Below are positions 26,700-35,461 of a stretch of 57,397 nucleotides of DNA, in pieces. This DNA is from Actinomycetota bacterium. Lineage in GTDB: Bacteria > Actinomycetota > AC-67. The stretch is taken from assembly GCA_035249485.1 (NCBI GenBank), contig DATFGK010000110.1, positions 1-57,397 on the forward strand, in the 5' to 3' direction. Under the pieces are notes generated by a model that was given only the letters and a program-made list of their open reading frames with translations, had not been told where the DNA came from and did not search any database. The position numbers and the translations under genes were made by a program. Numbering within the stretch: position 1 is the stretch's first letter; each line of letters starts with the position of its first letter.

Positions 26700-29449
26700 G
26701 AACCGAGAAGACCCGCGGCCTCGGTCCGACGGTATGGATCGCCGTCGTGGCCGTCGTCACGATAGTCCTGACGATCGGTCCGGCGTTGTTCGGTCGGGGC
26801 GTCTTCTTCCCCGGAGACATCGTCAAGCAGGTCGCACCGTGGCAGGTCGACGCGCCGAACGACTTCCAGCCGCAGAACCGCTTGCTCACCGATCTGGTTG
26901 ACGGAGCGGCGCCGCAACGCACGGAGGTTCGCCGCGGGATCCTCGATGGCGACTACCCGCTCTGGAACCCGTACTCGGCCGGCGGGACCCCGCTCGGGAC
27001 GCAGCCGCAGAACGGGATGTTCTCGCCGCTCCATCTCCCGTACCTGATCTTCTCTCCGTCGTACGCGCCGGCGGTCGCCAAGGCGGTCGAGATGCTCGTG
27101 GCACTCCTCTTCACGTTCCTGTTCCTGCGCCGGGTCGGGCTGGGGCGGCCGGCCGCGCTGGTCGGCGGCGTGCTCTACATGAACTCGGCGTTCCTCGTGG
27201 TATGGAGCACCTTCCCGCATGCGGAGGTGGCTGCGCTCATCCCGGCGCTCTTCTGGGCGGCCGAACGTGTACTCGCGCGACGGTCGCTGATCTCTGCGTT
27301 CCCCGTGTCGGTCGTGATCGCTGTGATGCTGTTGCAAGGGTTCCCCTCGGTCGCCGCGTACGCGGGGATCGCCGTCGCGTGCTACGTCCTCATGCGTCTG
27401 GCTCTCGATCGCGGGTCGTCGATGCGGGAACGCATCAAGGTGCTGGCGCGACTCGGCGTCGCGCTCGTGCTCGGCGTCGCGCTCTCCGCGATCCAGCTGC
27501 TTCCGTTTGTCGCGACACTGGACGACTTCGATCGCACGTACCGGCTCCAGCGATCGACGAGCGTCTTGCCCGTCAGCTCCCTCGTCACCGTGGCGGTGCC
27601 GAAGGCGTTCGGCGCTCCGCGCGACCACATCGACTTCGCGCCGCGGAATCAGGTCGAGATGCAAACGTTCGCCGGAGTCACGGCCCTGGTTCTCATGATC
27701 GGCGGTTTCCTGCGGCGACCGCGGGAGGGCGTGCTTCCCGGGGTGAAGGGCTTCCTCTGGGCGGGCGTCGCCGTCCTCGTCGTCATGGTCTTCATGGGGG
27801 GTCCGCTCCTCAGTGTCTTCCAGACACTTCTCTCACCGCTCTTCGAGGAGAACGCGGTTGGGCGGATGCGATCGGTCCTCGGGTTCTTCGTCGCCTCGCT
27901 CGCGGCCGTCGGCTTCCAGTCGTTCGTCTCCTCCGATCGTCCGCGGCTGGAGATATGGCAACGGATCGTCCTGGGTGTGGGCGGCTTGGCCGCTTTGGGG
28001 GGAGCGGCAGTCGGTCTCCTGCGCATGTACGAGGTCGCCCGCAACAACGGTCACTCGTCCTACTTCCTCGATCAGCTGTGGATCCCGGGCATGGCGGCGG
28101 CAGCGGTCGTGATCGCGCTCGTGATCGGCGGTCGATGGCGGCCGGGCGGTCAGCACGTCGCCCATTGGGTCGTGCCCGTCGCGTTCGCGATCGAATCCGT
28201 GGCCTTCGCGTCCGCGTTCCTGCCGACCGTCGACCGGACCGACTTCTATCCGGTGACTCCGACGCACCGCTACCTCGCCGCCAACATCGGTCATGAGCGG
28301 ATGGCCGCCGGCGGCGGCACGATGTGGCCCGGGTCTCAGACCTTCTACCGGCTCCGGACCGTCGCCTCACACGCGTTCCATCCCACCGAATGGCGAGATC
28401 TGCTCGAGGAGGTCGGCGTCCGCGGGCCGGAGACGCAACCGCTGTTCGGGTACGGCCGAGAAACCGCATCGGCGCCGATCCTTGATCGGCTCGGAGCCGG
28501 CTTCTGGGTGTCCAGGCCCGAGGAGCTCCCGTTCGGAGAGCCCATCCGTATCTCCCCGGGCAGTGATCGCGTTGTGCTGCGCTCACGGGTGCCGGTTCGG
28601 ATCCCGACGTCGCTCGAAGGGATAAGGGCAGTTGTCGTCCGTCTGGACGAAGCGTTCTCCTCGGACGAGCAGGGCGCGTTCATGGATGCGGAGGTGCTCG
28701 CACGTGACGGGCGCGTGCTCGCGCGAGGCGAGCGACGGATCCGAGCCGGGCAGGGCCCGGCTCGGATCCACGTACCGGTCGCGGAATACCGCTCGTCCGA
28801 TGGACGCGGCCGGCCGGCGTCGATCCGTCTCACGCTCCGCTCGGACGACGACGACGCCGTCGTCCTGGGGACCGCGGGCGTGCCCGCCGTAACCGCCGTT
28901 GTCGCGGACGACGACGGGCTCCGCCTGACATTCGCGGACGGCGCCGTCGTCTACCGGCGGCTCAACGCGCTTCCACGCATCCATTGGGCGAGCAGGACCG
29001 CGGTCGTGCCGGATCCGGCGGAACGCATCCGCCGGCTCGGCGCGGGCGTCGATCCGCGGACCGTCCTCCTCTCGGCCGCCGGCCCGGAGGCGAGCGCGGA
29101 ACCGGCGCTCATCGAGATCCTCGCGGACGAGGGCGACGAGATCCGGGTGCGCGTCCGGGCCGAAGGTCGCGGCTACCTGGTCGTCGCGGATTCGATCAGC
29201 GAGGGATGGCACGCGACGGTCGACGGTGCTCGTGCCGCGATCGTGGACGCGGATCACGCCGTCGGCGCGATCGTCGTCCCCGAGGGCGACCACGTCGTTT
29301 CGCTGGTCTATCGACCCGCCGGTTGGCGCGTCGGATCCAAGGTCAGCGCCGCGAGCGCCCTCGTGCTGGCCGCGGGCGCCGTCGTTGCGTTTCGCAGGCG
29401 CCGGAGGGACGACGAGGCGATCGACCGGCCCTTGCTCGACACTCCTTGA
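26696..29449 (+). CDS. YfhO-family GT-C membrane glycosyltransferase (917 aa)
   Basis: TTG start overlapping the upstream stop (TTGA). About 13 hydrophobic segments in the N-terminal 500 aa. The C-terminal part, ...VADSISEGWHATVDGARAAIVDADHAVGAIVVPEGDHVVSLVYRP plus a final TM helix, matches the YfhO end pattern. Confidence 0.75.
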   Translation: MRTEKTRGLGPTVWIAVVAVVTIVLTIGPALFGRGVFFPGDIVKQVAPWQVDAPNDFQPQNRLLTDLVDGAAPQRTEVRRGILDGDYPLWNPYSAGGTPLGTQPQNGMFSPLHLPYLIFSPSYAPAVAKAVEMLVALLFTFLFLRRVGLGRPAALVGGVLYMNSAFLVVWSTFPHAEVAALIPALFWAAERVLARRSLISAFPVSVVIAVMLLQGFPSVAAYAGIAVACYVLMRLALDRGSSMRERIKVLARLGVALVLGVALSAIQLLPFVATLDDFDRTYRLQRSTSVLPVSSLVTVAVPKAFGAPRDHIDFAPRNQVEMQTFAGVTALVLMIGGFLRRPREGVLPGVKGFLWAGVAVLVVMVFMGGPLLSVFQTLLSPLFEENAVGRMRSVLGFFVASLAAVGFQSFVSSDRPRLEIWQRIVLGVGGLAALGGAAVGLLRMYEVARNNGHSSYFLDQLWIPGMAAAAVVIALVIGGRWRPGGQHVAHWVVPVAFAIESVAFASAFLPTVDRTDFYPVTPTHRYLAANIGHERMAAGGGTMWPGSQTFYRLRTVASHAFHPTEWRDLLEEVGVRGPETQPLFGYGRETASAPILDRLGAGFWVSRPEELPFGEPIRISPGSDRVVLRSRVPVRIPTSLEGIRAVVVRLDEAFSSDEQGAFMDAEVLARDGRVLARGERRIRAGQGPARIHVPVAEYRSSDGRGRPASIRLTLRSDDDDAVVLGTAGVPAVTAVVADDDGLRLTFADGAVVYRRLNALPRIHWASRTAVVPDPAERIRRLGAGVDPRTVLLSAAGPEASAEPALIEILADEGDEIRVRVRAEGRGYLVVADSISEGWHATVDGARAAIVDADHAVGAIVVPEGDHVVSLVYRPAGWRVGSKVSAASALVLAAGAVVAFRRRRRDDEAIDRPLLDTP

Positions 29450-29552
29450 GCGGCTCGACGAGCGCGTGCGCGACCGCTGCGGCGCCGAGGCCGGCCGCCC
29501 TTGCCCTGTTAGGATGCGCTCGACACAGGAGTACGGATTGACCCCCCCTGCC

Positions 29553-31190
29553 ATGGACCCTTCCACGTATCCTGCCGCGTCCGGAGACGCGATCGAGTCC
29601 ACCGCGCGGAAGCGCGGGCCGCTCCCGCTGCACCCATTCTTCGTCGGCGCGTTCCCGGTGCTGTTCCTGTACGCGCAGAACGTCAACGAGGTCGCGACCG
29701 GCGAGGTCTGGGTGCCCCTCGCCGCGGCCGTTGGGCTCGCGGCCGCGCTGTTGCTGATCGCGCGGCTCACGCTGCGTGATTGGCTTCGAGCCGCGTTGAT
29801 CACGTCGTTCCTCCTGCTGCTGTTCTTCTCGTACGGCCACGTCGCGGAGGTGCTCAGAGGGACCAGGATCGCGGGTGTGTTGATCGGCCGCGACCGCTAC
29901 CTGGTCCTCGGCTGGGCGATGCTCGGCCTGCTTGGAGTGATCCTGGCTGTGCGGGCCCGCAAGCGCGTGGCGGACCTGACGCGGATCCTGAACGTTACGA
30001 CCGCCGCCCTGTTGGCGGTATCTCTGGTGACGATCGGACAGGGGAAGTGGGGTTCCTCCGTGGCGCCGATCGAGCTCGGCGGCGATGTGACCCCCGCCGC
30101 GACGCCCGGCCGAACGCAGCGCGACGTGTACTTCATCGTGCTCGACCGTTACGCCGGCGAACGAACGCTGCGCGAGGCGTACGGGTTCGACAACGGTCCG
30201 TTCCTGCAGTCGCTCCGCGACAAGGGGTTCTTCATCGCCGACCAGAGCCGCGCGAACTACCCGAACACGGCGCACTCCCTCGCGGCGACGATGAACCTCG
30301 ACTATCTCCATCCGCTGAGCAACGACGTCCCCGATGCCGCGGAAGCGACCTGGGGTCCGGTCTACTCGCTCGTCCGCGAGAACAAGGTCGCGTCGTTCTT
30401 CAAGGTCGCCGGTTATCGCTACGTTCACGTGGGTTCGTGGTGGGAGCCGACGAGGAGCAGCGCGGCCGCCGACGTGGTCTATCAGTACGACCCGCTCTCC
30501 GAGTTCACACGCGTCCTTTACAGCACCACCCTCGTGTGGCCTCTGGCGAAAAGGCTCGGCATCGCATCGTCCCGACTCGACCCGCGAACCGTCGAGTGGA
30601 AGCGCGTCCCGTATCAGTTCTCGAAGCTCGCGGAGGCCCGGAGGTACGAAGGGCCCACGTTCGTGTTCGGACACCTCCTCGTGCCGCACGAGCCTTATCT
30701 CTTCAACCGCGACGGGACCTTCGTGTCGCGCGATCAGGAAGAGTCTCGTTCCACCGTCACGAACTACATCGAGCAGCTCCGTTACACGAACGACCGGATC
30801 GGCGAGCTGGTGTCGACGTTGCTGTCCGGTCCGCCGGAGACCCACCCGATCATCATCATCCAGGCGGACGAGGGCCCCCCCGGATTGCCCGTGGCGGACC
30901 CCGGACCTCCGCTCGGACCCGGGTGGCTCCACGGCACCCCTGACCAGCTCCGGCAGAAATTCAGGATCCTGAGCGCCTACTACTTCCCGGGCGTCTCGAA
31001 GACCGGCCTGTATCCGTCGATAAGCCCGGTCAACGACTTCCGGCTTCTGCTGAACACGTATTTCGGCACGAAGCTGCCGCTCCTGCCCGACGAGGCTTGG
31101 GTCTGGCAGGATGAGGAACACCTATATACGTTCCTGCCCATCTCGAGGTACCTCGAGGAGCCGACCCAGCGGGATCCGCCTGATGGATGA
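29553..31190 (+). CDS. Membrane-anchored LtaS/sulfatase-like (alkaline-phosphatase superfamily) protein, paralogue A
   Basis: N-terminal 5 TM segments, then DVYFIVLDRYAG...ANYPNTAHSLAA...FVFGHLLVPHEPY...IIIQADEGPP. Start at ATG 29553, with ATG 29514 as an alternative. Paralogous to 47723..49276. Confidence 0.75.
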   Translation: MDPSTYPAASGDAIESTARKRGPLPLHPFFVGAFPVLFLYAQNVNEVATGEVWVPLAAAVGLAAALLLIARLTLRDWLRAALITSFLLLLFFSYGHVAEVLRGTRIAGVLIGRDRYLVLGWAMLGLLGVILAVRARKRVADLTRILNVTTAALLAVSLVTIGQGKWGSSVAPIELGGDVTPAATPGRTQRDVYFIVLDRYAGERTLREAYGFDNGPFLQSLRDKGFFIADQSRANYPNTAHSLAATMNLDYLHPLSNDVPDAAEATWGPVYSLVRENKVASFFKVAGYRYVHVGSWWEPTRSSAAADVVYQYDPLSEFTRVLYSTTLVWPLAKRLGIASSRLDPRTVEWKRVPYQFSKLAEARRYEGPTFVFGHLLVPHEPYLFNRDGTFVSRDQEESRSTVTNYIEQLRYTNDRIGELVSTLLSGPPETHPIIIIQADEGPPGLPVADPGPPLGPGWLHGTPDQLRQKFRILSAYYFPGVSKTGLYPSISPVNDFRLLLNTYFGTKLPLLPDEAWVWQDEEHLYTFLPISRYLEEPTQRDPPDG

Positions 31191-32178
31191 GTTCCACGCT
31201 TCCTACGAGTACGACCTGGATCCGAACGACCCCAACAGCACCGCCGCCGCCGTCTACCGGTTCGCGCGAGCGGGCGGAAAGCGGGTCCTCGATCTGGGAT
31301 CCGGGCCCGCCATCGTCTCGTCCATGCTGAAGCGTGTCGACGGTCGAAACGTCGTGTGCATGGATAACGACCGCGATCGCCTGGCGGTCGCCGCCGGACG
31401 CGGCGTCGATCGGACGGTCTTGGCGGATCTCGACGGCGGATCGTGGGTCGAAGAGATCGCCGGCGAACGGTTCGACGTGATCATCCTCGCCGACGTGCTC
31501 GAGCATCTCGTCTTCCCGGGGAACGTCCTCGATCTGATCCGGGAGCGCCGGCTGCTCTCCGACGATGGCTTCGTCGTGGTGTCGTTCCCGAACGCGTCGC
31601 ACGAGGCGATCATCGCGGAGATCGTCGGAGGCTGGTTCACGTATCGCGAGTCGGGACTGCTGGATTCCACGCACCTCCGCTTCTTCACGCTCGAGAGCTT
31701 CACCAGACTCGCCGAGACGCACGGCTTCCAGATCGGCGCCCTCCACAGAACCGTCCTCGCTCTCGAGGACACGGAGGCGGCCGGGAAGGCCGGCGCGATC
31801 CCCGTTCCCGTCCGCCTCGAGATCGCGCGCGCGAACCCCGAGGCGAAGACATACCAGTACGTGACGCGGCTCGAGCCGTTCGGCCGTCGGGGCGTCGTGG
31901 AGGCCGCGGAGGAGAAGCGGGCGATGGAGCTCGAAGCGGAGCTGCGGGCCTCGCGCGAAGCGATCGAGCGGGAGCGAGAGGCACACGAGCGGGAACGGAA
32001 CGCCGCCGAACGTTCACGGGCGCGCGTGGAACGAGAGCTCGTCGACGTGAAGTCGGACCTCCGTCGTGAAACGGCGCGGCTCGAGCGGATCCGCGGCACG
32101 GCAACGTGGCGATCCCGAGGGTTCCTCGCGCGGATCGGGAGGCGGGTTCTCCGGCGAAACCGGCCCGGCCGCTCCTGA
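31183..32178 (+). CDS. Class I SAM-methyltransferase with C-terminal coiled coil and basic amphipathic tail
   Basis: ATG at 31183, with an 8-nt overlap upstream. Motif I VLDLGSGPA, then FDVIILADVLEHL. Residues ~240-305 are a Glu/Arg-rich heptad-like stretch (EEKRAMELEAELRASREAIEREREAHERERNAAERSRARVERELVDVKSDLRRETARLERI), followed by TATWRSRGFLARIGRRVLRR. Confidence 0.8.
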   Translation: MDEFHASYEYDLDPNDPNSTAAAVYRFARAGGKRVLDLGSGPAIVSSMLKRVDGRNVVCMDNDRDRLAVAAGRGVDRTVLADLDGGSWVEEIAGERFDVIILADVLEHLVFPGNVLDLIRERRLLSDDGFVVVSFPNASHEAIIAEIVGGWFTYRESGLLDSTHLRFFTLESFTRLAETHGFQIGALHRTVLALEDTEAAGKAGAIPVPVRLEIARANPEAKTYQYVTRLEPFGRRGVVEAAEEKRAMELEAELRASREAIEREREAHERERNAAERSRARVERELVDVKSDLRRETARLERIRGTATWRSRGFLARIGRRVLRRNRPGRS

Positions 32179-34892
32179 TGAGCGTGTCGGTCGTGCATCG
32201 CTCCGGCACCGGCGGCGACGCGGAGGTCCCGCTGATCGGCTCCCTCGTCGAGGCGGCGGGGGACGCGAAACGCGTTCTGGCGCTCGGACGGCTCGCCGTT
32301 GACTCCGCCGCGGTGCTCGCGGCCGAATACGGCGTGACCGCCGTCTCCGTCGAAGAGGATCCCGAGCCCGCCGAGGCGGTGCGAGCCGCGAGCGCCGGAA
32401 CCGTACGGGTGGCGGACATCGCGGGCGGCGACTGGGTCGGCTCCGTCGGCGACCCCTTCGATGTGGTCATCCTCGGCGACCTCCTCGAGCGATCGGCACA
32501 CCCCGGCCGGCTCCTGGACGTGATCCGTTCGGAGAAACTCCTGCGCGACGGTGGCGCCGTCGTGGTCGCCGTCACGAACGCCGGCTCGTGGGGCGGCGTC
32601 TCCGCGCTGCTCACGCCCGGCGGGCCGTCTGAGGGGATCCTCGCCGGCGACCGCATCCGGTTCTTCACGCGACGCAGCATCATCGATCTGCTGAACAGAC
32701 ACGGATTCGAGATGTCGGAGATGCATCGCCTCCAAGGCGGCTCCAAGGCGGCGGAGGGGCTGCCGCCCGCGTTGCTTCGGTTCATGGGCGACGCTTCCGA
32801 TCCCGAGGTGACGCACTTCGTCGTCCGTGCCGAGCCGGTCGGCAGCTCGCACGAGCTCATGCGCCTCACGCGCGAACTGGAACGGTCGGTGGACGAGCGC
32901 GGCCGCTTGCTCAATCAGATCGCCGCCGAGCGGCGGACATTCCTCGATCTCTCCGCCGCTGCCGGACGGCGCGAGGAACGGCTTCTGGAGGAGCTCCGGC
33001 GGGTCCACCGGGTGGCCGAGACTCGCGGGAACGCGCTGAAGAAGATCCAGCGATCGCGAGCATGGCGGATCGCGCGATCGTTCGGCGCCGTCGCGCGGGC
33101 GGCTCGCGACCCGTCCTGGGCGTGGAAGCGGCTGCGCGGGAAGAAGGCGGAGCCGCCCGCTCGGAGCGTCCGCAGATCGCGAACGGCGCGGAGGACGGCC
33201 GCTCGCGTGGAGCGAGCCGGCACCCTTCGCTCGGCGGCGGCGACCGCCGCGCCACGGCTCTCGATCGTGATCCCCGTCTACAACGGCTTCGAGGTGACGC
33301 GTCAGTGTCTCGAAAGCATCTTCGCGGCTTCGATAGGTGTGAGCTTCGAGGTGATCGTCGTCGACAACGCGTCGCGCGACGGCGTCTCGCCTTGGCTCGA
33401 GGATCAGCGAAAGCGGCGCCCCGCCATGTCGCTGATCGCGAACGACGTCAACCGCGGGTTCGGACCGGGCGTCAATCAAGGCGCGGGATCCGCGAGCGGT
33501 GACTACATCCTGATCTGCAACAGCGATGTCGTCATCCCGCCTGGAGCCTTGGAGCGGCTCGTCAGGGCTCTCGACGAGAACCCCGATGTCGGGATCGTCA
33601 GCCCCGTGACCAACTACGTCGGCGAGGGACCACAACTCGACCAGGATGCGAGCGACGTGACGCCCGATTCGGTGGCCGAGTTCGCACGGCGCGCCCTCGA
33701 GCGCGATGCGCAGCTCGAGTTCGCCCCCGACCGCCTCGTCTTCTTCTGCGTGATGATGCGGCGCAGTTTGTTCGAAGTCCTGGGCGGATTCCCCGAGGTC
33801 TATGGGGTGGGCAACTTCGAGGACGACGACCTCTGCGTTCGCACGCGGATGCTGGGGTACCGGCTCGCGATCGACAGGAGCGCGTTCGTCTTCCACCACG
33901 GGTCGGCCACGTGGGAGGCCGGTCGGATATCGCACAAGGATTGGATGGAACGGAACCGTCCGATCTACTACCAGCGGCTGGCCGACCTCTCCGTCACGCT
34001 GATCAGGCGGCCGCGGGTTCCGGTTCGGACCCCGCAGGTGTCCGTCGTCGTTCGCACCGTCGATCGCCCCAAGCTCCTCCGGCAGGCACTCACGAGCCTG
34101 GCGAACCAGACCTTCGCAGGCTTCGAGGTCGTCCTGATCAACGACAGCGGCCCAGATCTCGATGACCTGGTGGCCGAGTTCGAGCCGTACCTATCGATCA
34201 ACTACGTTCGTCATCCCGAGCCCCGGGGGCGCTCGGTCGCGCTCAACCGGGGGCTCGAGGAGGCGAAGGGCCGCTGGATCACCTACCTCGACGACGACGA
34301 CATCATCTACCCGATCCATCTCGACGTCCTGGCGCATTCGCTGGAGGAGACCGGCTTCCGCGTGGCGTACGCGGACGTGAACAAGGTCCTCTGTCTGGTC
34401 GCGCCGGATCGGTATGCCGTCGTCGCGCGCGAGCCGTTCGGGTTCTTCGAGTTCGATCCCGACCAGCTGCTGCTCGCGAACCGGCTCCCGATCCAATCCG
34501 TCGTCCACGCAGCCGAGTGCATCCCGTCGGTCGGAGCGTTCGATGAGTCGCTCGACGTGCTCGAGGATTGGGACTTCATGATCCGCCTGTCGAGGCGCTT
34601 CCCCTTCTTCCACGCCCGGCGATTCACCTCCGAGTACCGGTTCTGGGTGTCGACGGCGACGGAGAACTCGATCGTGGCGAAGCGCGACGACGCGCTCGAG
34701 ACGCACCGTCTCATCTACGACCGGTACCCCGTGTCGGACGAATCGCTGGTCAAGCGCCGTCTCGAACGCCTGGAGAACGCCCGGGATCAGATCGACAAGA
34801 TCCGCGTGATCCGCGGGTCCGCCAGATCGGAATCGGAGAAGGCCTTCGACATCGCCCGACTGGTTTGCGGCTTCCGACTGGATGACCGTTGA
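32178..34892 (+). CDS. Multidomain protein: degenerate methyltransferase-like domain + coiled coil + two GT2 domains (904 aa)
   Basis: ATG at 32178 (TGATG overlap). Its N-terminus is collinear with the preceding MT, but motif I reads VLALGRLAV. Coil at residues ~225-290, then SRAWRIARSFG. GT2 #1: LSIVIPVYNG...VVDNASRDG...NFEDDDL. GT2 #2: VSVVVRTVDR...LINDSG...YLDDDDI...EDWDF. Confidence 0.8.
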   Translation: MSVSVVHRSGTGGDAEVPLIGSLVEAAGDAKRVLALGRLAVDSAAVLAAEYGVTAVSVEEDPEPAEAVRAASAGTVRVADIAGGDWVGSVGDPFDVVILGDLLERSAHPGRLLDVIRSEKLLRDGGAVVVAVTNAGSWGGVSALLTPGGPSEGILAGDRIRFFTRRSIIDLLNRHGFEMSEMHRLQGGSKAAEGLPPALLRFMGDASDPEVTHFVVRAEPVGSSHELMRLTRELERSVDERGRLLNQIAAERRTFLDLSAAAGRREERLLEELRRVHRVAETRGNALKKIQRSRAWRIARSFGAVARAARDPSWAWKRLRGKKAEPPARSVRRSRTARRTAARVERAGTLRSAAATAAPRLSIVIPVYNGFEVTRQCLESIFAASIGVSFEVIVVDNASRDGVSPWLEDQRKRRPAMSLIANDVNRGFGPGVNQGAGSASGDYILICNSDVVIPPGALERLVRALDENPDVGIVSPVTNYVGEGPQLDQDASDVTPDSVAEFARRALERDAQLEFAPDRLVFFCVMMRRSLFEVLGGFPEVYGVGNFEDDDLCVRTRMLGYRLAIDRSAFVFHHGSATWEAGRISHKDWMERNRPIYYQRLADLSVTLIRRPRVPVRTPQVSVVVRTVDRPKLLRQALTSLANQTFAGFEVVLINDSGPDLDDLVAEFEPYLSINYVRHPEPRGRSVALNRGLEEAKGRWITYLDDDDIIYPIHLDVLAHSLEETGFRVAYADVNKVLCLVAPDRYAVVAREPFGFFEFDPDQLLLANRLPIQSVVHAAECIPSVGAFDESLDVLEDWDFMIRLSRRFPFFHARRFTSEYRFWVSTATENSIVAKRDDALETHRLIYDRYPVSDESLVKRRLERLENARDQIDKIRVIRGSARSESEKAFDIARLVCGFRLDDR

Positions 34893-35419
34893 GTTCAGCG
34901 GGAGTCGCCCCACAGGAGGGCGTCGAGGTCCGGAAACCCTCCGAGTCCAATGTCGTCCTCTCTCAAGCGATGAGCATCACGGACGCCAACCTGTCGGGGA
35001 ATGTCCATGGTGGCGTCATCATGAAGCTGTGCGATACGGCTGCCGGGCTCTCGGCGGTGAAGCACTCCAAAGGGCGCGTCGTCACGGTCGCCATGGACGA
35101 GATGGTTTTCATCGAGCCCGTCTACCTCTCGGACGTCGTCACGCTGCGCGCGCAGGTGAACGACGTCGGCCGGACCTCGATGGAGATCGGCGTCCGTGTC
35201 GAGGCCGAAAACACGCTGTCCGGGGAGCGGCGGCACGTCTCAACCGCATATCTCGTGTTCGTGGCGCTCGACAAGGACGGCAACCCGAAGGCGGTTCCCC
35301 GGCTCGAGCCGGAGACGCTCGACGAGCAGCGGCGGATGGCGGAGGCGAAGATCCGCCGTGAACATCGCCTCGCCCGTAAAGAGGCGATCCTCAAGCGCAG
35401 GGCCGAACAGGGCGAATAG
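34889..35419 (+). CDS. Hotdog-fold acyl-CoA thioesterase (YciA/BFIT-like)
   Basis: TTG start overlapping the upstream stop (TTGA). ...MSITDANLSGNVHGGVIMKLCDTAAG...VTVAMDEMVFIEPVYLSDVVTL.A.VN.VGRTSMEIGV.V. Confidence 0.8.
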   Translation: MSSAGVAPQEGVEVRKPSESNVVLSQAMSITDANLSGNVHGGVIMKLCDTAAGLSAVKHSKGRVVTVAMDEMVFIEPVYLSDVVTLRAQVNDVGRTSMEIGVRVEAENTLSGERRHVSTAYLVFVALDKDGNPKAVPRLEPETLDEQRRMAEAKIRREHRLARKEAILKRRAEQGE

Positions 35420-35461
35420 CGCGCTCTCGCGCCGCCGCGATCGTGCGTTAGGATTCGGTCC

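Noticed and set aside
31254-33935. An 893-aa minus-strand ORF, plus similar long antisense ORFs at 7098..8687, 16510..18042, 37620..39386, 45075..46655, 29343..31121, 43628..44374 and others
   Set aside because: Same reasoning: each lies opposite a confidently identified gene, has low-complexity Arg/Pro/Gly/Asp-rich composition, and shows no start signals or domain motifs.
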